This document shows positions 40,139-50,220 of a stretch of 64,000 nt of DNA, piece by piece. The stretch comes from an uncultured Verrucomicrobiae bacterium (lineage in GTDB: Bacteria; Verrucomicrobiota; Verrucomicrobiia; Chthoniobacterales; JAFAMB01). Positions within the stretch are counted from its first letter, which is position 1. Each line of letters opens with the position of its first letter. The notes under the pieces are model-generated. The model was given only the letters and a program-made list of their open reading frames with translations, was not told the DNA's origin and did not search any database. Location: assembly GCA_963846195.1 (NCBI GenBank), contig CAWJVG010000005.1:689677-753676 (forward strand), given 5' to 3'. The position numbers and the translations under genes were made by a program.

Positions 40139-42616
40139 ATGAGCTCAGAGCAGCAAGAGAGACAAAACCCACACGACCCGGCCTGGAGCAAGGCCCCGGA
40201 GAATAGTTCCGGAACCGCTCCTGCCCCGGAAACCAACCGCACAACCGAAATCGGAGCAGGCGCAGCCGCAGATCAGAATCCCCCAAACGAGACGCTCGCA
40301 ATTTTGCCCGTCCGAGGAATCGTTTTGTTTCCGGGAATGGTTGTGCCGCTCACGATCGGGCGCCCGGCGGCGATCAAGCTTGTCGATTCCGAGTTGCCGG
40401 AAAACAAGCAACTTGGATTGGTGACCCAGCGAGACGAAGAGTTGGACCGGCCGCAACCTTCCGATCTTTATCGAATTGGCGTGTCGGCCCAAGTGCTGAA
40501 GCTGATTCGCCAACCAGATGGCGTAATCGTCTTGATCGTCCAGGTTCTGCGACGCATCTCGCTGGAATCGTTCGTTCAGACCGACCCCTTCCTGCGCGCC
40601 GTTGTGAAAAACGTCACGACGATCTTTCCCATCGGCGATGACGCCGAGTTGCAAGCTTCCTTTAATAACTTGCGACGAGGCGCTCTAAGGTTGTTGGAAC
40701 TTTCACCCGAAATACCAGATCAGGCTAGAGCCGCGCTAATCAGTGTCGAACAACCCGAGCAGTTGACCGATCTGCTAGCTGGAAATCTCGGAATTGACCT
40801 GGCGACCAAACAGCGAATCCTGGAGGAGACCGATCTGTTGCGCCGAATGCGCACGGCGCAAGAAGCGCTTCAACGCCAACTCGAGATCGCGGAGTTGCAA
40901 CAAAAACTTCGCAAAGATGTCGAAGGCCAATTCTCCGATACGCAGCGTCGAGCTTATCTTCGTGAACAACTCCGTGCAATCCAACGCGAACTCGGTGAAG
41001 AGGACGCTGACGGTGAGGAGCAGGCGGAACAACTGCGAAAAAAACTGCAGGACGCCGGCGCAAACGAGAACGTTCTCGCCGCCGCCGAAAAGGAGTTAAA
41101 ACGCCTGAATCATATTCCCAGCGCAAGTCCAGAGTACTCCGTGATTGTCTCGTATGTGGAGATGTTGGCGGATCTGCCATGGAACAAGTCCTCCGAGGAC
41201 GACACCGATCTCGCGCGAGCGCAGTCGATTCTCGATCGCGACCATTATGGTCTGGAAAAGGTAAAACGTCGAATCGTGGAATTCCTGGCCGTGCGCAAGC
41301 TGAATCCGGGAGGTCGAAGCCCGATCCTTTGTTTTCTTGGACCCCCGGGAGTTGGGAAGACAAGTCTCGGCCAATCGATCGCGGACGCTCTGGCCAGAAA
41401 GTTTACTCGTATATCTTTGGGCGGAATTCGCGACGAAGCGGAAATCCGGGGTCATCGTAGAACTTATATTGGCGCGATGCCTGGGCGAATCATTCAGGAG
41501 ATCCGAAAGCTTGGCGTTCGAAATCCGGTCATGATGCTGGACGAGGTCGACAAGGTCGGTTCCGACATCCGCGGCGATCCGGCCAGCGCGCTCCTGGAGG
41601 TACTTGATCCTCGGCAAAATAACACCTTCGTGGATCGCTACCTGGATGTTCCATTTGATTTGAGCCAGGTGATTTTCATCTGCACGGCCAATTACATGGA
41701 AGGTATTCCATCTCCCCTGCGAGACCGGCTGGAGACGATATCCGTACCTGGCTATACAGAGGTGGAAAAACTGAACATCGCGCAGCGATATCTTGTTCCG
41801 AGACAAATCGAGGAGCACGGGTTGCGTCCTGAGCAATGCACTTTCGACGAAGACGCGATCAAAACGATCATCCAGGAATACACCTATGAGGCCGGCGTTC
41901 GCGATCTGGAACGCAAAATCGCCGCCGTTTGTCGAAGCATAGCCGCTGAGATCGCGCGCGGCATTCAAGCCGATGTCACCGTTTCCGCGAATCTGGTGAG
42001 AGGGATCTTGGGGAATTCCGCCCGCAGCGAGCATGAACAACGTTTGCCTCACAGTCTCGTAGGCGTGGTGACCGGTCTCGCGTACACACCAACAGGAGGC
42101 GATATCTTGTTCGTCGAAGCGACGAAGTACCCGGGCAAGGGTGGGTTTTTGCTAACCGGGCAGGTAGGGGACGTGATGCGCGAATCGATGCAGGCGGCCT
42201 ATAGTCTGGTCCGAGCTCGCGCCAAGGACCTCGGAATCAATTCCGAATTGTTCGCCCAAAACGATGTCCACATTCACGTGCCAAGCGGCGCCATCCAGAA
42301 AGATGGTCCGAGCGCCGGCGTCGCGATGGCGACCGCGCTCGCCAGCCTTTTTAGCGATTGCCCAGTCCGAAACGACGTCGCAATGACCGGCGAGATCACG
42401 CTGCGTGGGGTCGTCCTTCCGATTGGCGGACTTAAAGAAAAGAGCTTGGCCGCTCTGCGCGCGGGAATAACTGAAATCCTGATTCCGAAAGGGAACGTAA
42501 AAGACCTCGACGATATCCCGCTGGAAGCAAAGGAGCGGCTTCACTTTCGGCCGGTCCAAACGATCGACGAAGTGCTCGCGGCAGCTTTAGTCAGAGCGCC
42601 TGAGCGATCCGCATAG
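40139..42616 (+). CDS. lon: ATP-dependent Lon protease
   Basis: The ORF opens at 40022, with a likely start at ATG 40139. It has a LON N-domain, the Walker A motif GPPGVGKTS, and a protease domain with DGPSAG. Confidence 0.95.
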   Translation: MSSEQQERQNPHDPAWSKAPENSSGTAPAPETNRTTEIGAGAAADQNPPNETLAILPVRGIVLFPGMVVPLTIGRPAAIKLVDSELPENKQLGLVTQRDEELDRPQPSDLYRIGVSAQVLKLIRQPDGVIVLIVQVLRRISLESFVQTDPFLRAVVKNVTTIFPIGDDAELQASFNNLRRGALRLLELSPEIPDQARAALISVEQPEQLTDLLAGNLGIDLATKQRILEETDLLRRMRTAQEALQRQLEIAELQQKLRKDVEGQFSDTQRRAYLREQLRAIQRELGEEDADGEEQAEQLRKKLQDAGANENVLAAAEKELKRLNHIPSASPEYSVIVSYVEMLADLPWNKSSEDDTDLARAQSILDRDHYGLEKVKRRIVEFLAVRKLNPGGRSPILCFLGPPGVGKTSLGQSIADALARKFTRISLGGIRDEAEIRGHRRTYIGAMPGRIIQEIRKLGVRNPVMMLDEVDKVGSDIRGDPASALLEVLDPRQNNTFVDRYLDVPFDLSQVIFICTANYMEGIPSPLRDRLETISVPGYTEVEKLNIAQRYLVPRQIEEHGLRPEQCTFDEDAIKTIIQEYTYEAGVRDLERKIAAVCRSIAAEIARGIQADVTVSANLVRGILGNSARSEHEQRLPHSLVGVVTGLAYTPTGGDILFVEATKYPGKGGFLLTGQVGDVMRESMQAAYSLVRARAKDLGINSELFAQNDVHIHVPSGAIQKDGPSAGVAMATALASLFSDCPVRNDVAMTGEITLRGVVLPIGGLKEKSLAALRAGITEILIPKGNVKDLDDIPLEAKERLHFRPVQTIDEVLAAALVRAPERSA

Positions 42617-42690
42617 CTCAGCGTTCGGAAAATACCTTCGATGACCGCGAACATCTGTGAGACGACGCAATCTTACTATTGAAGAATGGC

Positions 42691-43026
42691 CTAGCCAAAC
42701 TGCAAAGAACAAAACGAGAAAGCTTCTGCGCCCGCTTTGAAAAGCGAGCCGGTGTAGGCGTCGATCCCGCCCAGTAATTGTTGAATGCTGTCAAAGCCAT
42801 TTGCCTGAAGCCAGCTCGACGCCACGGCGCTTTCGTATCCATCCTGACAAACAACCACCAACGGATCGGAGAACGACAGTTCTGCAACGCGCGCCGCTAG
42901 CTGCCCAAGCGGAATGTTCCTGGAGCCGGAAATCCCACTTAATTTCCATTCCGCGGGAGATCTGACGTCGAGAATTGCAGGTTTGCCTCCTCGGGAGAGC
43001 GTCGAATACAGATCAAAGACGCTCAA
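42691..43026 (-). CDS. rhodanese domain protein (catalytic-type, CQDGYES loop); probably the 3' half of a split tandem-rhodanese gene
   Basis: 111 aa with a TTG start. It has PAILDVRSPAEW and VVVCQDGYESAVAS. It overlaps the upstream ORF by 14 nt in the +1 frame. Confidence 0.7.
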   Translation of the reverse strand: MSVFDLYSTLSRGGKPAILDVRSPAEWKLSGISGSRNIPLGQLAARVAELSFSDPLVVVCQDGYESAVASSWLQANGFDSIQQLLGGIDAYTGSLFKAGAEAFSFCSLQFG

Positions 43027-43432
43027 GTTGGGTAAGTTGATGCGTTGCCGTCAGGTCACCCCCCTCGATAAATCCAAGAATCTTATCGAACCCAGCTCGC
43101 GCCAGGCTTGTTTGGGCCCTGCTAGCTTCGTCCGGATCGTCCGCCACAAGCACAATCTGGCTCTGCTTCGCCAGAAACAGGAGGACACAGGAAGCAAACG
43201 TTCGACCGCTCAAACCAACATTCAAACTGCCCGGAAAATGCCCTTCGGCAAACTGGTTTCCAGGGCGCACATCGATCACTGCGGCCCCCGAAGCAGATCT
43301 TGTTCTCAGTTCCTCATTCTCTATCCTCATAAGTTCCGCGGACTCATGAGCCAACCCCTTTAAGCGAAATCGTTTCAAAAACATCTGGGCCAATCTCCTT
43401 TGTTCGGCCTCAGCTTTACCACGGTTCAGCAT
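43013..43432 (-). CDS. rhodanese-like domain protein (no active-site Cys); probably the 5' half of a split tandem-rhodanese gene
   Basis: 139 aa. It has AAVIDVRPGNQFAEGHFPGSLNVGL and GFDKILGFIEGG. The ORF ends at ...THQLTQLERL*, within what is a linker in two-domain homologues. Confidence 0.7.
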   Translation of the reverse strand: MLNRGKAEAEQRRLAQMFLKRFRLKGLAHESAELMRIENEELRTRSASGAAVIDVRPGNQFAEGHFPGSLNVGLSGRTFASCVLLFLAKQSQIVLVADDPDEASRAQTSLARAGFDKILGFIEGGDLTATHQLTQLERL

Positions 43433-43499
43433 GCTTGGCCACTTTCAGGGACTTATCCATTCGGGTAAGGCCTGGGCGGAGGAGGGTGACCGGATCGAT

Positions 43500-44777
43500 T
43501 CATCTCCGAACAGGGTAAAAGCAGAACGCAAGCAACCCGAGTGCAGCTGCGACTCCCGCCGCTATCGCTATTCCAGGCAAGCCGCGTGACCCCGTCATTT
43601 CGTGAATCCACGCAAAGCAAACGACAGACATGCCGATCATGCTTTTCTGAAAAATAGCCTGCACCCCAAAAAAGATTGCTTCCCGCCGGATTCCGCTCTG
43701 TTCTGAATCGAGATCGATCACGTCGGCTAGCAAAGCGAACGGCAAAACTGCAAATCCCGCGACCGGTAGCCCGGCAAGCGCAAGGGCGATCTGCGTCCGG
43801 AGAAGCGGTGACCCGATCGGCAATACCCCGCCCAGCGCGATCGAGGGAAAGATCACAGCCGACGAACCAAGAACAACCAGGAAGCCGCGAAATTTCCCTA
43901 TCCTTTTCGCTAGCCAGTTGAAAATGAAAAAGCCGATCAGATTCAGCCCGATGAATGGCAACATCACCCACGTGTTGGCTTCTCGATTCAGATGCAGTAT
44001 CTCCTCCACCCAGCGCGGGACCAGCATCAACAATAGATTTAATCCGAACCAGTAAAAGGTCGTCGAAATCAGCAACGGCAAAAAGTTCCGACTGCGGGAA
44101 ACCTGAGCGATCCAGCCAAAGAGCTCCCTGAAAGAACTCCGGTTCTCCTCGTGGTGGACGAAATGTTCGTGAATACAGAATGTGAGCGGATAAAACGAAA
44201 TCAAGACGGCAACCGCTAACATCCATCCGAGGGCAACGTAGCCGCCGCTCTGAATTACCAGACCGCACATTGCAAACGCCAGAGTCCCAACCATTGCGGC
44301 GATCGCTTGCCCGGTTGTCAGATTCAATCGCTGCACCGTTGAACCGGCGATTTCGGGAAGCAACGCAAGATACGGCGTTACGACCAGCGCGTATCCCAGG
44401 AAAAACAATTGGGTCACAATAACGGAATAGAGCGCTCTAATCCATGGAGCCGCCACCACTGGAGGGGTCCACAGAAGCAAACAGACAATCGCAAATGGAA
44501 GCGCACCAAACAGCAGGAAAGGAATTCGACGTCCCCTTTTGGTGCGGGCGTTATCGGTCCAGAACGCCACGAACGGGTCTGACACGCCGTCAGTAATCCG
44601 TCCGGCAAGCAATACGATTGAAAATACAGCAGCTGCAAGTACGCCCCCTACGACGTAGCGTTCGTACAGCCATTGAGAGACCACCAAGTTTGTCAAGTTC
44701 ATGCCTAATCCACCCAGGCTGTAGGTGACAAGCTGAATCGCCGTTAGTTGCGGCGCGGAACTCGGAAGCCGATCCAT
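43500..44777 (-). CDS. MFS transporter (glycoside-pentoside-hexuronide-like)
   Basis: 425 aa with about 12 TM. The N-terminal YSLGGLGMNL and the overall topology resemble GPH/MFS symporters. Confidence 0.75.
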   Translation of the reverse strand: MDRLPSSAPQLTAIQLVTYSLGGLGMNLTNLVVSQWLYERYVVGGVLAAAVFSIVLLAGRITDGVSDPFVAFWTDNARTKRGRRIPFLLFGALPFAIVCLLLWTPPVVAAPWIRALYSVIVTQLFFLGYALVVTPYLALLPEIAGSTVQRLNLTTGQAIAAMVGTLAFAMCGLVIQSGGYVALGWMLAVAVLISFYPLTFCIHEHFVHHEENRSSFRELFGWIAQVSRSRNFLPLLISTTFYWFGLNLLLMLVPRWVEEILHLNREANTWVMLPFIGLNLIGFFIFNWLAKRIGKFRGFLVVLGSSAVIFPSIALGGVLPIGSPLLRTQIALALAGLPVAGFAVLPFALLADVIDLDSEQSGIRREAIFFGVQAIFQKSMIGMSVVCFAWIHEMTGSRGLPGIAIAAGVAAALGLLAFCFYPVRR

Positions 44778-44833
44778 GGAGAGTGGTTGCAGCAGAGGTT
44801 AGTGCGAAAATTGAACTAGTGTCTCGTTCCGCG

Positions 44834-45604
44834 CTACGGCATCTGTTCCAATCTCACGACGAGCATCGGTTCCTGAAACGCTAACACCCGACCCGTCCGG
44901 TCAAACTCCAGGTTCAGCGAGTTCCGCACCGTTGACGGGGCCCGGGACGCGTGTTCTATCAAACCGGAGATCGTCGAGTCGGCGCAACCGGCCGTCTCAA
45001 CCCACCAGTCGAATTCCAGGCGATAAGGAACAATTCGATGCCCGGTCCACTGGAAACGGGCTTGGTTCACCTCCTCACGCCATTGCTCGACGGTACGCTG
45101 CCTAAAATGCGACGGATCCCGCGTGCGTTCCCAATAGTCCAGCCAATCAGATACTTCGGCGGTTGGCGAGATCTGGTCAGCCATGACAAATCGCCCGTGC
45201 GGCAGCAACACCCGCCGGACTTCCGACAAAAAAAGGGGCACATGATGAAAATGATGCGGTGCGTGCCGCGCCGTAACTAGCGTGAATTGTTCATCTCCCA
45301 TAGGGATTTTTTCTGCCGAACCTTCCACGAATTCACAATTCGATACACCTTGCTCGGCCGCGAGTCGGCGCGCTTGCTCAAGCATTTTAGGTGCGATGTC
45401 GATTCCAACACTTTTCGCGACAAGACGCGCGACGGCCAAGGCGGTGTGCCCTGTTCCCGTGGCTACATCAAGGGATTGATCGCTTTGAACTGGCCGGGCA
45501 AGTTCTAAAAGTACAGGCAGACTTGGGCCTGACCGATGAACGTCGCTGACCGCGTATTTGCCGGCATTCGCGTCGAATTGTTCCTTGCTGGAACGAGTTG
45601 TCAT
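44834..45604 (-). CDS. class I SAM-dependent methyltransferase
   Basis: 256 aa. It has motif I LDVATGTGHTA and an acidic loop VGIDIAPKM. Confidence 0.8.
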   Translation of the reverse strand: MTTRSSKEQFDANAGKYAVSDVHRSGPSLPVLLELARPVQSDQSLDVATGTGHTALAVARLVAKSVGIDIAPKMLEQARRLAAEQGVSNCEFVEGSAEKIPMGDEQFTLVTARHAPHHFHHVPLFLSEVRRVLLPHGRFVMADQISPTAEVSDWLDYWERTRDPSHFRQRTVEQWREEVNQARFQWTGHRIVPYRLEFDWWVETAGCADSTISGLIEHASRAPSTVRNSLNLEFDRTGRVLAFQEPMLVVRLEQMP

Positions 45605-45677
45605 CAGAAATGTCTCCTTCTCTTAAAGTCTGCGAAATCCGTTGTAAGAAATTCGGGATTTATACCCCGAAGCGCGA

Positions 45678-46244
45678 TTATCCAGAAATCTCTCCCTCCA
45701 GGTGAACCAATTCGACAGCAAATTCCCGTTCTTCAATAGCCACCTTCGCAAACGAAATCGGTAGACTAAATCGCCTCGGACCGATGCTGCCAGGGTTAAT
45801 GTAGAGAACGCCGCGCCGGCGATAAATTTTTGGCCGGTGTGAATGACCTGAGACCACCATCGAGATGCCGGCAATCCCCGGATCAAGATCCAGCAAATCC
45901 AGATCGTGAAGTATGTAAATCAATTGATGGTTGACGGAAATCAATTCGGTCGAAGGCAGGCTGGCGAGCTCACGGTCCACGTTTCCCCGAACGGCGACGA
46001 CAGGTGCGATCGATTCCAGGCGTTCGAGCAAGCGCCGGGGACCGACGTCGCCGGCGTGCACGATGAGGTCAAGGTCAGAGCGTTGCAGTGCTTCGATCAC
46101 CGAATCACGCAAGAGCCCGTGAGTATCGGAAACAAGGGCGAGAGTCTTAATTGATTCAAACTGCCGGGGCGCGCTGGCATCGGAACTTGTGCTTTTGATC
46201 ATAACTTCCCCATCCGAACCCCGCCGCTCCGGGAAATCGGACAT
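45678..46244 (-). CDS. YfcE/MJ0936-type metallophosphoesterase
   Basis: 188 aa. Motifs VSDTHG, HAGDV, GNVD and GHSH are present. The N-terminal ~30 aa may not be translated (alternative start ATG 46202). Confidence 0.8.
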   Translation of the reverse strand: MSDFPERRGSDGEVMIKSTSSDASAPRQFESIKTLALVSDTHGLLRDSVIEALQRSDLDLIVHAGDVGPRRLLERLESIAPVVAVRGNVDRELASLPSTELISVNHQLIYILHDLDLLDLDPGIAGISMVVSGHSHRPKIYRRRGVLYINPGSIGPRRFSLPISFAKVAIEEREFAVELVHLEGEISG

Positions 46245-46254
46245 CGGTTTTCCC

Positions 46255-47001
46255 TTAATTCAACCAACCACCGTCAATCACGTGAATCTGGCCGGTCGTG
46301 TAGCTCGACTCGTCCGACGCCAGATACGTCGCTAGATATGCGATTTCCTCCGCTTGGCCCAGACGCCCCATGGGCTGCCGGGCAATAAACTCGTTCCGCA
46401 CCTCCTCCTGATGCCGCCCCGATGAGAAGGCTTGAACTCGGATCCGTTCATCCAGTGACGGGGTTTGCACGGTTCCCGGGCAGATCGCGTTGCACCGGAT
46501 CCCTTGCCCGACGAAATCCGCAGCGACGGATTTCGTCAGCCCGATGACGGCCGCTTTGGTCAGGGAGTACGCGAACCGGTTCGGTACTCCTTTCAAGCTC
46601 GAGGCGACGGACGACATATTGACGATTGATCCGCCTCGCCCGGAAAGCATGCGGGGCAAAAACGCGCGGATCAGACGGTACATGGAACAAACATTCAAAT
46701 TAATCGCGTAATCCAACTCTTCCTCGGAGGATTGAAGAATCGTCCCGCCGTGCACGATTCCGGCGCAATTGAACAGCACGTCGATTGCGCCGATTTCGGC
46801 AGCCAAGCGCTGGATTGCTCCGCGATCCGTGACATCGAGTCTGCAGGCCGTGACGTTCGGAATCGAAGACAACGCCACTTCATCAATATCGGTCGCGAAG
46901 ACCTTCGCACCCTCAAGGGCAAACATGACGGCCGTAGCGCGCCCTATACCGTGTCCGGCCGCAGTGACCACCGCGATCTTGCGAGCCATTCGATTAGTCA
47001 T
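46255..47001 (-). CDS. SDR family oxidoreductase
   Basis: The ORF extends to GTG 47046. Likely starts are ATG 47001 or 46989, just before IAVVTAAGHGIGRA. The YSLTK catalytic motif and NAICPG are present. Confidence 0.85.
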   Translation of the reverse strand: MTNRMARKIAVVTAAGHGIGRATAVMFALEGAKVFATDIDEVALSSIPNVTACRLDVTDRGAIQRLAAEIGAIDVLFNCAGIVHGGTILQSSEEELDYAINLNVCSMYRLIRAFLPRMLSGRGGSIVNMSSVASSLKGVPNRFAYSLTKAAVIGLTKSVAADFVGQGIRCNAICPGTVQTPSLDERIRVQAFSSGRHQEEVRNEFIARQPMGRLGQAEEIAYLATYLASDESSYTTGQIHVIDGGWLN

Positions 47002-47024
47002 TGTTCTTGCCAATTTTGTTAGAC

Positions 47025-48101
47025 ATGACGATCCACTTATACGCACTTTATCGAACGATGAAAACCGAAGCCAGGACCCCCGGCAAGTTATCGCTCAGCA
47101 TTTCTCCGCGATCTGCGGTTGCATCCTGGATCCTTGCGGGCATTTCCCTGTTTCTGGTGCTTAAGCTGCACTTGCTCTCCGCTTTGTTGGCTGGTCTGCT
47201 GACGCACGAATTGGTTCGTCTGCTGGCTCCCCTGGTTGAAAAACGGCTGACCAGCAAAGGCGCTCGTCTGGTTGCCTTGGCAGCACTGGCGAGCCTCACA
47301 ATCACTCTTATTATTCTGTTAACCTTTGGAATCGTCGCTTTCTTCAAAAGTGATACAGGAAATCGGCAGGCGCTCATTGATAAAACAGAACACATCCTCT
47401 CGGACGCACGCACCAGGCTGCCGCCCCTGATTATCAATAACTTGCCCGGGGATGTAGACGCCCTGAAATCTTTTGCCGCCGAATGGGTCGACGAACATTC
47501 CAAAGAGATTCAGCAAGCCGGAAAAGAAGTCGTTCATTTCTTCGTCCGCGGTCTGGTGGGCATGGTGATCGGGGCATTAATTTCTCTACGTGAGGAAGGC
47601 GCAGGGCCTCGCCAGATGCGACCGTTCGCCGCTGCCCTTACCTTGCGCATCACCCGCTTCGCCCATGCTTTCCGCCAAATTATCTTTGCCCAGGTGAAAA
47701 TATCCGCGATCAACACCATTTTCACCGGCATTTTTCTGGCCGGAATCCTGCCTGCTTTCGGAGTTCATTTACCTCTGACAAAAACGCTCATAGCCGTTAC
47801 TTTTCTCGCAGGCCTGCTCCCGGTGATCGGCAATCTGATTTCGAACACCTTCATCTTTATCGTGGGCCTCTCGATTTCGATCTACGTGGGAATTGTGGCC
47901 CTGGCCTTCCTGGTGATCATTCACAAGCTGGAGTATTTCCTCAACGCAAGAATTGTTGGCACACGAATTCGGGCGCGCGCGTGGGAAATATTGCTGGCCA
48001 TGATTGTCCTCGAGGTGGCGTTCGGTATAGCCGGGCTCATTGCCGCCCCGATCTATTACGCGTATATCAAAAACGAGCTGACGGAGGCAGGTCTCGTTTA
48101 G
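47025..48101 (+). CDS. AI-2E family transporter (PerM/UPF0118)
   Basis: The ORF opens at 47001, with candidate starts at ATG 47025 or 47058. It is polytopic. LLPVIGNLISNTFIFIVGL and the C-terminal PIYYAY are typical of the family. Confidence 0.82.
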   Translation: MTIHLYALYRTMKTEARTPGKLSLSISPRSAVASWILAGISLFLVLKLHLLSALLAGLLTHELVRLLAPLVEKRLTSKGARLVALAALASLTITLIILLTFGIVAFFKSDTGNRQALIDKTEHILSDARTRLPPLIINNLPGDVDALKSFAAEWVDEHSKEIQQAGKEVVHFFVRGLVGMVIGALISLREEGAGPRQMRPFAAALTLRITRFAHAFRQIIFAQVKISAINTIFTGIFLAGILPAFGVHLPLTKTLIAVTFLAGLLPVIGNLISNTFIFIVGLSISIYVGIVALAFLVIIHKLEYFLNARIVGTRIRARAWEILLAMIVLEVAFGIAGLIAAPIYYAYIKNELTEAGLV

Positions 48102-48149
48102 CCGGCGTCCAGGTACGCCCGCCAGGAACAGAATTGGTCGATACCACTT

Positions 48150-48314
48150 TCAATGGCTGAATCTGTCGATGCTGTACTGCATGAGATGCACTTGTCCCGC
48201 AAGCCAGGTCATCACAATTAAGTATATGGCTAGCAAGATTGCCGCCATCCCGAAGCCTGCTACCGGCACCGCTAAATGTTCCCGGTAGAACTTGTTAAAT
48301 TCATCTTTATTCAT
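48150..48314 (-). CDS. hypothetical small membrane protein (54 aa)
   Basis: Below the ORF-track length cutoff. It reads MNKDEFNKFYREHLAVPVAGFGMAAILLAIYLIVMTWLAGQVHLMQYSIDRFSH and has one clear TM segment. An AGGTG lies about 9 nt upstream of the ATG. I recognise no homology. Confidence 0.3.
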   Translation of the reverse strand: MNKDEFNKFYREHLAVPVAGFGMAAILLAIYLIVMTWLAGQVHLMQYSIDRFSH

Positions 48315-48450
48315 GGGATCGCACCTATTACTACCTCAAACATTGATTATTCCGCCCGCTGGCGCGCAATCAGCATTTTTTCGACATCGTCCGGTTCAGC
48401 GACGCGATAGTCAACTATCGAATCCGGATTGTTTCGCTTGACCTGTCCAC

Positions 48451-49404
48451 ATGGAAACACTCCCCGGCCGTCCCGACAGGACCTTCGACCCCGCGCACTC
48501 GAAATCGATCGATTACAAAGCGATTTGTCTTTTCTACGCCGTCGCCTTCGCTTTGGGTCTGTGCGTCTCTTTGCCGCTTTGGATAAGCCCTCAGGGATTG
48601 AGCCAGTCAACCGCGCGGATTTATTTGGCTGCAATGCTTTTTGCGCCCGCAATTGGCGTGCTGGCAGTCAGCCTCTTGTTGCCAAAGTCAGTCATGCCGC
48701 TTACGCACACGACTGGACTCGGAATAGGACGATGGCCCGGAGGTCTTGGATACTGGCTATTCGGCTGGTTTGGGATGACTATTATCGGACTCGCGGCGCC
48801 GTTCGTCGGCGCGCTTCTGGGGGCGTGTCGTCTCGATCTCCAAGATTTTTCCGGGTTTCATCATCTCTTGTTGCAACGTCCCGGCGGTGACGCTGCATTG
48901 GCTCGATTTCCGGTTCGAACGTTGCTCCTCATCCAGATCGGATCGCTCCTTGTCGCACCTGGAATAAACGCCCTGTTCGTGTTTGGCGAAGAATGGGGCT
49001 GGCGCGGATTCTTGTTGCCGAAGCTGTTACCGCTGGGTCAATGGCCGGCACTTCTCTTAACCGGGGCCTTGTGGGGACTCTGGTATGCGCCGGTCATTTT
49101 GCTTGGCTACGATTATCCTTTACATCCGAAGTTCGGCATTCTTCTGATAACCATCTTCTGCGTCATTTTCGGAGTTTTGCTCGGGTGGCTGCGCTTGGCG
49201 ACGGGAAGTATCTGGCCGTCAGCGATCGGGCATGGCGCGCTCAACGCGTCCGGTGGATTCTTCTATGTCGTAGCGGACACCAACCAGACGATCGATACTG
49301 CGCATGTCACTATCCTCGGCTGGACAGGCTGGATCTTGCCGCTGCTCGTCATCCTTCTCCTGGTTGTCTTGAAACGGTTTCCGGCAGCGGAGCCAAGCTG
49401 CTGA
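48451..49404 (+). CDS. CPBP family intramembrane glutamic endopeptidase (CAAX protease-like)
   Basis: 317 aa and polytopic. It has the FGEEWGWRGFLLPKL motif 1 and a later HGALN-type motif. Confidence 0.85.
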   Translation: METLPGRPDRTFDPAHSKSIDYKAICLFYAVAFALGLCVSLPLWISPQGLSQSTARIYLAAMLFAPAIGVLAVSLLLPKSVMPLTHTTGLGIGRWPGGLGYWLFGWFGMTIIGLAAPFVGALLGACRLDLQDFSGFHHLLLQRPGGDAALARFPVRTLLLIQIGSLLVAPGINALFVFGEEWGWRGFLLPKLLPLGQWPALLLTGALWGLWYAPVILLGYDYPLHPKFGILLITIFCVIFGVLLGWLRLATGSIWPSAIGHGALNASGGFFYVVADTNQTIDTAHVTILGWTGWILPLLVILLLVVLKRFPAAEPSC

Positions 49405-49416
49405 AGCCAAAAACAC

Positions 49417-50064
49417 CTACCAAGGCTCGAAGACCGCCGGCGGACCGTACGGAGGAAACTCTGGCCCGTACGGTGCATCAATGATGATGAATCTTCTGTA
49501 CCGATCCTCGGTGGAGACTCTATGAAATCTGCGGTGCACAGTCAGGCGCGCGGTCCGGTGTAGTCGCGCGTGATGCGCGGTCGAAGTTCCGGCTCCAGAT
49601 AGTTCGTGTAATTTTGCTTCTTCGTAGGCGTTGATCGACGACTTCAAATCCGGATCGAGCCTCCGCATGCGAGAGGCCACGGTCAGATAGTACGCCCGCA
49701 AATAGGTCCTTCGAGAGGCCGAACTCGAACTCTGTCTCGCACGCTTGAGCAGGGAAATGGCACGCCGATTACCCATGGCCAGAGAGCGAACCGTATCGAA
49801 TCGCTCTTCTTTTTCCAACGTCGGCGCCCGCTTCGATGAGAACTTGGACGATGCCTGCGCTGGCGGTAGGGCTGGAAGTTCGCCGGATTCCGGCAGCAGA
49901 CCTGACTCAGGATTCAATGGAGAAGAGTCTGCCGCAGGAAGCGCAGGTTCCTCCATTTCGCCGGTACTCCCGCTGGGTGAGACTGGTAGTGACGGCATGT
50001 CTCCGGCGCTGGCTGCCACCAACACGGCCATTAGAGCGAGCGGAATGCCTGCCTTGCATCTCAT
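49417..50064 (-). CDS. hypothetical secreted protein
   Basis: 215 aa with a signal peptide (MRCKAGIPLALMAVLVAASA). A Pro/Ser-rich linker precedes a basic helical region. I recognise no family. Confidence 0.5.
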   Translation of the reverse strand: MRCKAGIPLALMAVLVAASAGDMPSLPVSPSGSTGEMEEPALPAADSSPLNPESGLLPESGELPALPPAQASSKFSSKRAPTLEKEERFDTVRSLAMGNRRAISLLKRARQSSSSASRRTYLRAYYLTVASRMRRLDPDLKSSINAYEEAKLHELSGAGTSTAHHARLHRTARLTVHRRFHRVSTEDRYRRFIIIDAPYGPEFPPYGPPAVFEPW

Positions 50065-50220
50065 ACGTCCGGATTTAACGGATATAGCATATTGCCGGAT
50101 TCGTCCCCGAACCGCAAGACGCGGATGGGAACATAAGCGTTAGCCCCAATCGGTAAGAACATCGACTCGGGAGATTGGTTGCGCTACCTTGGCGCACTTG
50201 TTTCGAACATCCCGCTGACC

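Noticed and set aside
41096-42052. 318-aa minus-strand ORF inside lon
   Set aside because: It is antisense to a highly conserved Lon region and has no motifs. The same shadow-ORF explanation applies.
48347-48652. 101-aa minus-strand ORF overlapping the CPBP protease start
   Set aside because: It is extremely Arg-rich and overlaps a well-supported gene. The only plausible part has no start codon.
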